Below, in pieces: positions 8,610-16,007 of a DNA stretch of 64,000 nt. The stretch's first letter is position 1; every line of letters starts with the position of its first letter. The notes beneath the pieces are model-generated. The model had not been told where the DNA came from and ran no database searches. It saw nothing but the letters and a program-made list of their open reading frames with translations. The stretch lies in the sequence record OQ722176.1. One strand, 5' to 3'. The position numbers and the translations under genes were made by a program.

Positions 8610-8805
8610 TTGTGTCGTTATGTCGATGTTGGCGACACTGCTAGGCTGCCGAGTTATCAACTCATTATACTAGCTACGGGCTTCTTACGCACTAATCACT
8701 ACTCGCAAGTAGCAACTTAAACATGCTCAGTTCCGAGCGATTAACCTCTTAGACCGTAGTCTTGAACCATAACCGACCCCTTTGCACATCCAACTTGTGC
8801 ATCGT
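8610..8805 (-). ncRNA. Candidate structured RNA (element Y)
   Basis: Non-coding, several hairpins, short blocks shared with element X. Confidence 0.3.
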
Positions 8806-8807
8806 CT

Positions 8808-9032
8808 TTAATACTGATCTTGCAAACCGCACTTAGTGCATGTTGCAGTAATTAATTCAAATCCGCTATTATCAGCAACCATTTCATGTTCACAATCAAG
8901 CTGCTTTCTCAATTCATGCAAGTGAGCTTTTTGCTCATGCAATTTCACAGAAGTTCTTCGAATGCTATCTTCAGTCAAGCGAATTGAAAATTTAACAGAT
9001 CTGTCTAAGTATTCTTTAACTTCTGGTTTCAT
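8808..9032 (-). CDS. Hypothetical protein with C-terminal CEH...CTKCG
   Basis: ORF track. Confidence 0.6.
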   Translation of the reverse strand: MKPEVKEYLDRSVKFSIRLTEDSIRRTSVKLHEQKAHLHELRKQLDCEHEMVADNSGFELITATCTKCGLQDQY

Positions 9033-9050
9033 GATATAGTTCTCAAAATT

Positions 9051-9124
9051 TGGAGCTCGAACAGGGAATCGAACCCTGACCTGCGGATTTGCAATCCGTC
9101 ATACTGCCATTATACGATTCGAGC
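9051..9124 (-). tRNA. trnC: tRNA-Cys(GCA)
   Basis: Cloverleaf, U73, CCA. Confidence 0.9.
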
Positions 9125-9227
9125 AAATTGTTAGTGCATTGCATGAGCTACTGGCGATCTTAATGGGTATTTCAAGCATTCAGAATTCCCATGCGCTACT
9201 ACAATGCTTTTTTCGCTAAATGCACTT

Positions 9228-9305
9228 TGGGGTGACAGACGGGGATCGAACCCGCATCTTCCGGAATCACAACCCGGAGGTATTTCCACTTCACCCACTG
9301 CCACA
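9228..9305 (-). tRNA. trnH: tRNA-His(GTG)
   Basis: Cloverleaf, C73, CCA; position -1 is U. Confidence 0.85.
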
Positions 9306-9383
9306 CCAAAGTACACTTTGGGACATATAACGTTTGTCAACCGGACTCATTTACGTGTGTCATTCGGTCGGAGCACTACTCCG

Positions 9384-9623
9384 TCATGCAGTTTTCTTTA
9401 AGTAGATACTATCAGGCGATAGTTCTCTTGTAAACATATTTTTGAAATAAATTTCGATGTCATCAGAAGTTGTTGAAGACTCAATTTCAAGAGCACGTTC
9501 TAAAATCTTACCGCGTTTGTAACCAGCCCGCCAACAATCAAACATAAGTCTGTCCATGCGTTTCAGTTTTTCAATTTGGTTTGGATTTACGTATTCGTGA
9601 GTTTCAAGTAATACAGGCGTCAT
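9384..9623 (-). CDS. Hypothetical protein (79 aa)
   Basis: ORF track. Confidence 0.6.
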   Translation of the reverse strand: MTPVLLETHEYVNPNQIEKLKRMDRLMFDCWRAGYKRGKILERALEIESSTTSDDIEIYFKNMFTRELSPDSIYLKKTA

Positions 9624-9645
9624 AATTTATTTCTCATCATAAGAA

Positions 9646-9719
9646 TGGTAGTCCCTAGTGGAATCGAGCCACTTCTTTCTCTGTGTAAAAGAGACGTACT
9701 GCCATTATACTAAGGGACC
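9646..9719 (-). tRNA. trnV: tRNA-Val(TAC)
   Basis: Cloverleaf, CCA. Confidence 0.85.
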
Positions 9720-9725
9720 AAAATT

Positions 9726-9799
9726 TGGAGCGGGTACACGGACTCGAACCGAGACGAACGACTTGGAAGGACGTCATGCTACCATTACATCATACCCGC
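9726..9799 (-). tRNA. trnG: tRNA-Gly(TCC)
   Basis: Cloverleaf, U73, CCA. Confidence 0.9.
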
Positions 9800-9803
9800 A
9801 TTG

Positions 9804-10010
9804 TCAATCTGAAGCGTCGAACAAATCACGTATTGCACGTAGATTCGTAAGCTCTACAGTAAGTGTTCTTATAAAGAACGGGTTGGTCTCTTTTGCGAGA
9901 CGATTTTCAACATCACGAATTTTGTCGCGAATGTTGCCCTTGCTTAGTGTAAAGTAGTCATGCTTCTTAACCTTTTTGAATGAATTTAAGCTTGTGTTTA
10001 AGCTTGCCAC
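9804..10010 (-). CDS. Hypothetical protein (68 aa), start uncertain
   Basis: ORF track, GTG start. Confidence 0.4.
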   Translation of the reverse strand: MASLNTSLNSFKKVKKHDYFTLSKGNIRDKIRDVENRLAKETNPFFIRTLTVELTNLRAIRDLFDASD

Positions 10011-10116
10011 GAGATTTATGTCTCTTACACAGTTTTGTACCGTGATAGCTATGATATTGATAAAAGCTAGTTAGCTTCTTATACAACGATTTCATGCATA
10101 CCCTCATGATTGAATT

Positions 10117-10192
10117 TGGTGGAGACACCGATACTCGAAATCGGATCTAATGGCTTATGAGACCATTGCTCTACCACTTGAGCTACATCTCC
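10117..10192 (-). tRNA. tRNA with CAT anticodon (Met or Ile2)
   Basis: Cloverleaf, CCA; identity not resolvable by eye. Confidence 0.85.
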
Positions 10193-10332
10193 ATATCTTG
10201 GTTTTGTATGTTTTACATGACGATAACCAGAAACGTGCATAATAATGCCACGTGATACATCCTATATCACGGCTAACTGAGTTAGCATATCGTGCCTTGC
10301 GGCTGTAGTGTCGTTTCCGACGAATTAAGTAC

Positions 10333-10544
10333 AGACAATACCGAAGTGTTTTTTCGTCTTTGACATGAATCGGAGTTGACTATCTTGTTATTCACAACAA
10401 GCAAATATCGTCTGTTTCAGCGACGCGCCTATCTGACTATTTCCAGGCAGAGAGAATCTTTCCTTTCAAGCTGCGCCGAAGCACTGCCCAGGTGAAGATC
10501 ATTACCTTTTTTAAGTAATTTTAATTTGTTGCTGTATATTGTCT
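10333..10544 (-). ncRNA. ~210-nt structured RNA, copy B (UACAGCAA family)
   Basis: Closed by AGACAAUA/UAUUGUCU; paralogue of 7660-7907. Confidence 0.65.
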
Positions 10545-10606
10545 CTCAAATCATGCTCGTGATATGCCGAAGCAAGTATCATTCGCCGCATGATAGAGCT
10601 TAAATT

Positions 10607-10682
10607 TGGCATCCCCAGAGGGATTCGAACCCACAACCCACGACTTAGAAGGTCGTTGCTCTTCCGATTGAGCTATGAGGAC
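10607..10682 (-). tRNA. trnR: tRNA-Arg(TCT)
   Basis: Cloverleaf, CCA. Confidence 0.9.
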
Positions 10683-10758
10683 GTTGAAAGAATTCGATCC
10701 ATGAGCTATTGCGTAGAAGATGGTAGTAAAGAGACTCTACACTCATGTGATCGAAATT

Positions 10759-10832
10759 TGGTGGACACGCAGGGAGTCGAACCCTATCTTCCTCATTGCA
10801 AGTGAGGCGCTTTCCCATTAAGCTAACGGCCC
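10759..10832 (-). tRNA. trnA: tRNA-Ala(TGC), distorted acceptor stem (possibly pseudo)
   Basis: G3:U70 kept; pairs 5-7 need a bulge. Confidence 0.7.
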
Positions 10833-10842
10833 ATAATTTATT

Positions 10843-11052
10843 TTACAACTGTGTGATTGAGATATGATCCCAGCCGTACAGACCTTCAAGTTCTTCAATC
10901 GGCTCACCAACAATGTCAGAAATATATTCAGCAACTTTTGCTTCAATTTCTTCATCAGATAGTTTTTCATCAACGGAAAAAGCATCTTCGTTATTGTTGC
11001 CACCGAAATAGCCACCAATGTCATATTCACACCATATTGAAATATAGTTCAT
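10843..11052 (-). CDS. Small acidic hypothetical protein (69 aa)
   Basis: Start moved to ATG 11052 to avoid overlap with tRNA-Thr. Confidence 0.6.
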   Translation of the reverse strand: MNYISIWCEYDIGGYFGGNNNEDAFSVDEKLSDEEIEAKVAEYISDIVGEPIEELEGLYGWDHISITQL

Positions 11053-11077
11053 GTTGTTCTCACAGTTGTTTAGAAAA

Positions 11078-11151
11078 TGGTGCCCCCACGAGGAGTCGAA
11101 CCCCGAATACATGATTACAAGTCAAGTGTTATACCATTTAACTATGGAGGC
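11078..11151 (-). tRNA. trnT: tRNA-Thr(TGT)
   Basis: Cloverleaf, CCA. Confidence 0.85.
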
Positions 11152-11157
11152 GATACT

Positions 11158-11270
11158 GAGTGTCGTTACTTGCGTCGTCCGGACTAGAGATACCAACTCT
11201 AAACGGGAGTCGAACCCGAAACATTTCTTTTCATAGAAGAATATTAGTAAATTGTTTGCTGAAAACACTC
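11158..11270 (-). ncRNA. Circularly permuted tRNA-like RNA with UUCAGCAA motif (Y-RNA-like)
   Basis: GAGUGU/ACACUC closing stem; motif; anticodon arm UUCUU-CUAUGAA-AAGAA; T arm CGGG-UUCGACU-CCCG; loop-closed UAGAG/CUCUA stem. Confidence 0.65.
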
Positions 11271-11279
11271 TTCGGTATT

Positions 11280-11353
11280 TGGCTGGGAAATAGAGATTCG
11301 AACTCTAACTGGCGGAGTCAAAATCCGCAGTGCTGCCATTACACCATATCCCA
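11280..11353 (-). tRNA. trnQ: tRNA-Gln(TTG)
   Basis: Cloverleaf, U1-A72, CCA. Confidence 0.9.
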
Positions 11354-11372
11354 ATTATTCTTAAATTATCTT

Positions 11373-11448
11373 TGGCGGAACCGACGGGTTTCGAACCCGC
11401 TACCTTCTCCGTGACAGGGAGACATGCAACCTTTTACACCTCGGCTCC
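11373..11448 (-). tRNA. trnD: tRNA-Asp(GTC)
   Basis: Cloverleaf, G73, CCA. Confidence 0.9.
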
Positions 11449-11517
11449 CCAAAGACAACTTAAATTAGTTGCTTTGTTTTTTCAAGTTCACACTTAACGG
11501 TAGTGACTCTCCGAATT

Positions 11518-11593
11518 TGGCGCTTCATGTTGGACTCGAACCAACGACTCTCTGATTAACAGTCAGACACTCTACCAACTGAGTTAATGAAGC
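11518..11593 (-). tRNA. trnN: tRNA-Asn(GTT)
   Basis: Cloverleaf, G73, CCA. Confidence 0.9.
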
Positions 11594-11594
11594 G

Positions 11595-11669
11595 TGGCGG
11601 GCGTGGAGAATTTCGAAATCTCGACTTGTCGGTTAACAGCCGACTACTCTGCCTCTGAGTTACACACCC
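11595..11669 (-). tRNA. trnN: tRNA-Asn(GTT), second copy
   Basis: Cloverleaf, G73, CCA. Confidence 0.85.
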
Positions 11670-11680
11670 TTGAATAAAAC

Positions 11681-11738
11681 AGTAATCCTTTTTGCTTTTT
11701 CCAAATAAAAGTTTTGTATTGTTTGCTGTAAGATTACT
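11681..11738 (-). ncRNA. Minimal 58-nt UACAGCAA-family RNA
   Basis: AGUAAUCU/GGAUUACU stem, UACAGCAA, CUUUU-AUUUGGA-AAAAG hairpin. Confidence 0.55.
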
Positions 11739-11743
11739 TAAAC

Positions 11744-11817
11744 TGGCAGGGGCATAGAGATTCGAACTCTAACGAACGGGTTTGGAATCCGTCATGCTGC
11801 CTTTACATCATGCCCCT
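11744..11817 (-). tRNA. trnW: tRNA-Trp(CCA)
   Basis: Cloverleaf, G73, CCA. Confidence 0.9.
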
Positions 11818-11864
11818 ATCGCGAATGAGGTGGCTTGAATCAGTGGTCATCCTCACGCTAAATT

Positions 11865-11938
11865 TGGTAGTCCCTAAGAGAATCGAACTCTTACCGTGCG
11901 ATTATCGGTCGCAAGCTCTACCGTTGAGCTAAGGGACT
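11865..11938 (-). tRNA. trnI: tRNA-Ile(GAT) with C33
   Basis: Cloverleaf; loop CC-GAU-AA. Confidence 0.8.
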
Positions 11939-12001
11939 AAAGTGTGCGCATTTCAGCGCACTGTTAATCGGTTAAGTGACTAAACTTCCCGGTTAACTAA
12001 T

Positions 12002-12100
12002 TGGCGGAAGACTAGGGATTCGAACCCTAACAAGCATTCCCATGCTCCGACGGTTTTCAAGACCGTTGCCGCTACCCCGAATCTTTCGGCTAAGCCTTCC
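12002..12100 (-). tRNA. trnS: tRNA-Ser(TGA), enlarged D loop
   Basis: 99 nt, long variable arm, G73, CCA. Confidence 0.85.
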
Positions 12101-12106
12101 ATTGTT

Positions 12107-12181
12107 TGGAAGCGAGTGCCAGAATTGAACTGACCTAAACTAGCTTATGAGACTAGTGAGTTCCCAGTACTCTTACTCGCA
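12107..12181 (-). tRNA. Atypical CAT-anticodon tRNA
   Basis: U1:U72 mismatch, U73, CCA. Confidence 0.7.
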
Positions 12182-12182
12182 A

Positions 12183-12368
12183 TTATTTCGTAAATTGAAT
12201 CAGACAAGAATCTGATTGATAGATGAAAGTCCCTTCTGCCTTTTCGTCAACCTTGACGATGCATCCGTTTGTATCTTTATCAGCACGAGTCGAAATATCC
12301 GTTACTGAAATGCCTGAACTACAAGCTGACAAACTTACTGCTAATACAAGTGCAAATAATGCTTTCAT
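12183..12368 (-). CDS. Small lipoprotein (61 aa)
   Basis: Signal peptide with LSAC lipobox. Confidence 0.7.
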   Translation of the reverse strand: MKALFALVLAVSLSACSSGISVTDISTRADKDTNGCIVKVDEKAEGTFIYQSDSCLIQFTK

Positions 12369-12482
12369 ATTACCTTCTCTTAAAAATTACAGCTTGCGTT
12401 CTTTGGTCTGTTTATCGCTGTCTGGGCTATACCCGCCGAGCGATCAATAGAGTAAGTTAAATTGCAGTATGCAAGCTAAAAT

Positions 12483-12568
12483 TGGTGGATCGCCTAGGAT
12501 TCGAACCTAGAATTCCCTCACGGGACACGGGGTTACAGCCCGCCGGCTTACCGTTAGCCTAACGATCC
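12483..12568 (-). tRNA. trnY: tRNA-Tyr(GTA)
   Basis: Cloverleaf, long variable arm, CCA. Confidence 0.9.
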
Positions 12569-12925
12569 AATATCTAGTATACCAGCGTGTGCTTCTTTGT
12601 GACAATTTGAACAAAGCATCACACACTTATTTAATTCATTCTGAGCGTTTTTAAAACTAGTCATACGACCTTTGTTTATCTCAAAGTCTTTTTGAGAAGG
12701 GTCTTTATGATGAAACTCCAAAGCTGATATGCATCTATTGTATCCACAAGACTGACATTCGCCGCCCATGTACTCAACACACTTGACTTTAAAAGCTTCT
12801 CTAGCCTCATATACCTTAGCGTTGCAGCAAGTTTTACAACTCCCTTCAATCCCGCTTTTAGTATCGCTTCTTTTGTAATACTCAGTCAATGGCTTCATTG
12901 ACTTGCAAGTAGAACATTCTTTCAT
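12554..12925 (-). CDS. HNH endonuclease (free-standing, possibly homing)
   Basis: CxxC...ALEFHH...ELNKCVMLCSNCHKEAH; stop codon inside tRNA-Tyr gene. Confidence 0.85.
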   Translation of the reverse strand: MKECSTCKSMKPLTEYYKRSDTKSGIEGSCKTCCNAKVYEAREAFKVKCVEYMGGECQSCGYNRCISALEFHHKDPSQKDFEINKGRMTSFKNAQNELNKCVMLCSNCHKEAHAGILDIGSLG

Positions 12926-12990
12926 AACGTATCCTTTATTATCAAGTGCTGTATCTCTACAGCGAAAGGTGCTACGCTATCAAGTTAAAT

Positions 12991-13064
12991 TGGTACTCTG
13001 TACGGGAGTCGAACCCGTCTCTTGTCATTGAAAGTGACATGACCTACCGATAGTCGAACAGAGC
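12991..13064 (-). tRNA. trnE: tRNA-Glu(TTC)
   Basis: Cloverleaf, CCA. Confidence 0.85.
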
Positions 13065-13127
13065 ATTAATTGTATATTGATTTGCAAGCTAATTAACTCG
13101 CAAAGCGATACACAATGTATCTAAATT

Positions 13128-13204
13128 TGGTACGCCGCCCTGGACTCGAACCAGACACCTGAGAGTTAAAAGCTCCCTGCTCTTCCATGATGAGCTACCG
13201 ACGC
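13128..13204 (-). tRNA. trnK: tRNA-Lys(TTT)
   Basis: Cloverleaf, CCA. Confidence 0.9.
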
Positions 13205-13215
13205 ATTATAAAATC

Positions 13216-13290
13216 TGGTGGGTCGCATGAGATTCGAACTCACACCGATCTGGTTAAAAGCCAGATGTACTACCGTTATACGAACGACCC
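13216..13290 (-). tRNA. trnK: tRNA-Lys(TTT), second copy
   Basis: Cloverleaf, CCA. Confidence 0.9.
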
Positions 13291-13296
13291 AGAATC

Positions 13297-13371
13297 TGGT
13301 GCACCCTCTCGGAATCGAACCGAGCACTGCGGGACTTCAATCCGCCGCTTTTCCTGATAAGCTAAGGGTGC
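13297..13371 (-). tRNA. trnF: tRNA-Phe(GAA)
   Basis: Cloverleaf, CCA. Confidence 0.85.
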
Positions 13372-13423
13372 AATGTGCGAAGATTTATGTTTTAAGTCAG
13401 CTATCGCATACAGACTACATGTT

Positions 13424-13500
13424 TGGTACGCATGAAGAGAGTCGAACTCTTAACTTCTGGCTTCTAAGACCAGTGCCTCTGCCAATTGGGCTACATGCGC
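13424..13500 (-). tRNA. trnL: tRNA-Leu(TAG), short variable arm
   Basis: Cloverleaf, 77 nt, CCA. Confidence 0.85.
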
Positions 13501-13532
13501 ATTATTCGTTTTGCGTTATTTCGTTCTTCTTC

Positions 13533-13654
13533 ATTGTACATGATGTTTTCATCGTTGTAAACATCTTTTTTGAAAAACTTTTCATTCAGTTTTGAATGTT
13601 AATTCGCTTTTCTTTATTGTACATGATGTTTTCATCGTTGTAAACATCTTTTTT
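13533..13654 (-). promoter_or_regulatory. Tandem identical 39-bp early promoters (13533-13571, 13616-13654)
   Basis: Each copy: A-tract, TTTACA-17-TACAAT. Confidence 0.8.
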
Positions 13655-13696
13655 AAATTATTTTGAAGAACTTAACGTTTTCATTTCTATGTGTTA

Positions 13697-13725
13697 ATCT
13701 TAACACTAGATCAAGACATCTTAAA
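13697..13725 (-). promoter_or_regulatory. Possible third early promoter
   Basis: A-tract, TTTAAG-17-TAAGAT. Confidence 0.45.
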
Positions 13726-13801
13726 CACTTTTTAGTGAAAAGTTTGCTAAATTCTATCGTCTCGACAGTACTTAGCAAGATACGGTCCTAAGCGTATCAA
13801 A

Positions 13802-13877
13802 TGGCACCCCGTGAGAGATTCGAACTCACAACCTTTGCCTTCGTAGGGCACTGCTCTTCCAATTGAGCTAACAGGGC
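13802..13877 (-). tRNA. trnR: tRNA-Arg(ACG)
   Basis: Cloverleaf, CCA. Confidence 0.9.
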
Positions 13878-13884
13878 ATTAAAT

Positions 13885-13958
13885 TGGTCGGATCGGAGAG
13901 ACTCGAACTCTCACCACATGCTCCCAAAGCACGCACGCTACCTTTACGCCACGATCCG
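13885..13958 (-). tRNA. trnP: tRNA-Pro(TGG)
   Basis: Cloverleaf, C1-G72, G37, CCA. Confidence 0.9.
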
Positions 13959-14044
13959 TTTGTTCTTTAACTTTGTTTATGATACTCTGCAATCAAAGTA
14001 CGATAAACAAAATTTTCAAATTATTTTCTTTTTCTTCAGATAAT

Positions 14045-14069
14045 AAAAAAAGGACGCTATTTGCGTCCT
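14045..14069 (-). terminator. Intrinsic terminator
   Basis: AGGACGC/GCGTCCT hairpin + T tract. Confidence 0.7.
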
Positions 14070-14340
14070 CAAGTATACTTCTATGTTATACTATCGGACT
14101 ACAAGAGGGAATCCCAGTTTTGTTTTGCACACGGATTCGCTAGATACACGAATTCTGAGCGCAGAAAATCGCTGCGTAATGTCTCAGATGAATGTGTAAT
14201 CGAATGTGTCATTGAATGCTCTCTTGCAAAAAATAAAAATTGTTTTTGTTTGTATAATAGTACTTATAACACCAATTTTGACGATTTGCGGTATTTTCGC
14301 AGAAAATTGAAAAAAATTTCAACTTTCTGCGATCTTTCTA

Positions 14341-14574
14341 TCAGCCTAGGTGTTTTCGCTTATTCATTTCAACTAGAATTTCATCGTTGTAATGCTTGTT
14401 AAGCTGTACAAACTTCTTGTGCTGATCTTCAGTCAACTCATTCGTGTCATTCAGATGCTTCAAGAAGCCAAGAGGTTTACGAAACGATTTGCGATATTCA
14501 TTAAGACGCTCGTCTGACAGACCGCGCAGTTGTTTCGGAGTAAGCAATGTTTTATTGATATTGAAATTACTCAT
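14341..14574 (-). CDS. Hypothetical protein (77 aa)
   Basis: ATG 14574 after GTGAGG SD. Confidence 0.65.
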   Translation of the reverse strand: MSNFNINKTLLTPKQLRGLSDERLNEYRKSFRKPLGFLKHLNDTNELTEDQHKKFVQLNKHYNDEILVEMNKRKHLG

Positions 14575-14599
14575 GTTGTACCTCACTATGTTTTGAAAA

Positions 14600-14715
14600 T
14601 GGCAGTCGGGGCTGGATTCGAACCAGCGACCACGTGCTTAACAGGCAATTGAAAGAGTGCTGGAGCGATACTTGACAGTATCATTCTTCGTGCTCTACCA
14701 CTGAGCTACCCGACT
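14600..14715 (-). ncRNA. tRNA-Asn-like RNA with ~40-nt insertion (UCCAGCAC motif)
   Basis: Intact acceptor (G73, CCA), D and T arms; inserted hairpin + motif before GC-CUGUUAA-GC loop. Confidence 0.75.
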
Positions 14716-14720
14716 GTAAA

Positions 14721-15245
14721 TTATTTAACTTTGAACTTCAAATTTCGCCATTCAAAGTTGCGTTTGTTCTTTTCTTTGTAGAACGTATCCCAATCAATTG
14801 AAATCGGACAAGTCTGACTACCCACACGAGCGATAAACACGTCGTGAGTGTTGCTGTATCGCTCTCTAAGCTCTTTTACGCGCTTATCGTAGTTAGCGAT
14901 ATAGTCTGAACAAGCTTTATTGTACGCTGCTTTAGAGAAGCGTTTAGAAGCTTGAAAGTCATACCCAAGATACGGACGAATTACTCGAACACGTTCAGTC
15001 GACCATCCCATGTTGAAACTGTTCTCAATCTCACCCATGATCTTACCCGTCTTTTTACAACGAGCTAGGATAACCCAACAACGCTCACGTCGAAAATCTT
15101 TGCGTGTGTACACGTTGACATACTTTTCAATATAGTCATTGTACTTGTTGTTGTATATCGAGCGAAGTCTCGAACGTTCTTCAGGTGACATTGCGGCACG
15201 CTCTTCTTTTGAGAACGCTTGAGCAAATTTCAACGGAACATTCAT
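14721..15245 (-). CDS. Hypothetical protein (174 aa)
   Basis: ORF track; 4-nt overlap with upstream ORF. Confidence 0.7.
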   Translation of the reverse strand: MNVPLKFAQAFSKEERAAMSPEERSRLRSIYNNKYNDYIEKYVNVYTRKDFRRERCWVILARCKKTGKIMGEIENSFNMGWSTERVRVIRPYLGYDFQASKRFSKAAYNKACSDYIANYDKRVKELRERYSNTHDVFIARVGSQTCPISIDWDTFYKEKNKRNFEWRNLKFKVK

Positions 15246-15451
15246 ATCATACCTCTCTTACGCTTCAACTGACTGCGTTCGATTTGACTGAACATTTGCC
15301 TATCACGCGATTTGCTTCTACGAGAATTACCCCATCGAAACCCAGCACAAACACCATGTTGACCTTGCTTCAGCTTTTTGGCAAGCCAATGCGGAATATC
15401 TTCACCTTTGCGCTGATAGCGTTTAGCAATATCAGTATACGTTTTACCCAT
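15242..15451 (-). CDS. Small basic hypothetical protein (69 aa)
   Basis: ORF track; GGAGA SD. Confidence 0.6.
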   Translation of the reverse strand: MGKTYTDIAKRYQRKGEDIPHWLAKKLKQGQHGVCAGFRWGNSRRSKSRDRQMFSQIERSQLKRKRGMI

Positions 15452-15466
15452 AATATTCTCCGTGGA

Positions 15467-15514
15467 CGGGTGGGAGAATCGAACTCCCTACTGGCGCAAC
15501 ACATCGTCAACCCG
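15467..15514 (-). ncRNA. Second tRNA minihelix-like element
   Basis: CGGGU/ACCCG stem + GGGAG-UUCGAUU-CUCCC T arm, no D or anticodon arm. Confidence 0.45.
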
Positions 15515-15704
15515 ATAAGAGTTTCGAAGTAAGAGCCTATCAGCATATCAAATTCATTGTCTTTATTTCAACACATGAGAGTTCGACCTCTCACATGTTT
15601 TTTCTCGACAAGTCCGAGTGATTCAGCACCGTCGTAGATAGCGAGTCTGCGACTATACTAATGTTCGGCATACACTGCACACAGAGCACCTAGCCCCGCC
15701 ATAA

Positions 15705-15944
15705 TTATTTGCCGTAATGAAGTTTAGCCCACGCTGTATGTTCAGCTTTGATTTCATCTTCAGTACGAGTATCAATGACATCTTCAAAAGTCTCGTTTTC
15801 AAAACGAACAGTGATGTTTTCAAAACCCTTACGAGAAGCGTATTTCAATGCTTCTTCGCGAGTATCACCGTAACCAAACTGTTCGATGATTTTACCAGAA
15901 CGGCTCTCAAAAGTAACAGTTGCTTTGATTTTAGTGTCAGTCAT
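15705..15944 (-). CDS. Hypothetical protein (79 aa)
   Basis: Start moved to MTDTK, downstream of the promoter. Confidence 0.6.
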   Translation of the reverse strand: MTDTKIKATVTFESRSGKIIEQFGYGDTREEALKYASRKGFENITVRFENETFEDVIDTRTEDEIKAEHTAWAKLHYGK

Positions 15945-15978
15945 AATGTTCTCTTCTATGTTTCGTTTCGATGTAAGT

Positions 15979-16007
15979 ATTATCGGCTTACACGAAAACA
16001 AAGTCAA
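15979..16007 (-). promoter_or_regulatory. Early promoter
   Basis: A-tract, TTGACT-17-GATAAT. Confidence 0.6.

Noticed and set aside
7660-10544. AGAUAGUC / AAGAUAUAGC resemble the group I intron S element
   Set aside because: No pairing GACUA (R) partner and no interrupted gene
12946-12966. UACAGCAC upstream of the HNH start
   Set aside because: Fully paired in the GCUGUA-GAGA-UACAGC hairpin, unlike the single-stranded motif elsewhere
14155-14188. GACAUU-A-CGCAGCGA, similar to the vWA leader motif
   Set aside because: No AAUGUC partner nearby and the octamer is paired in a local hairpin; at most a degenerate copy
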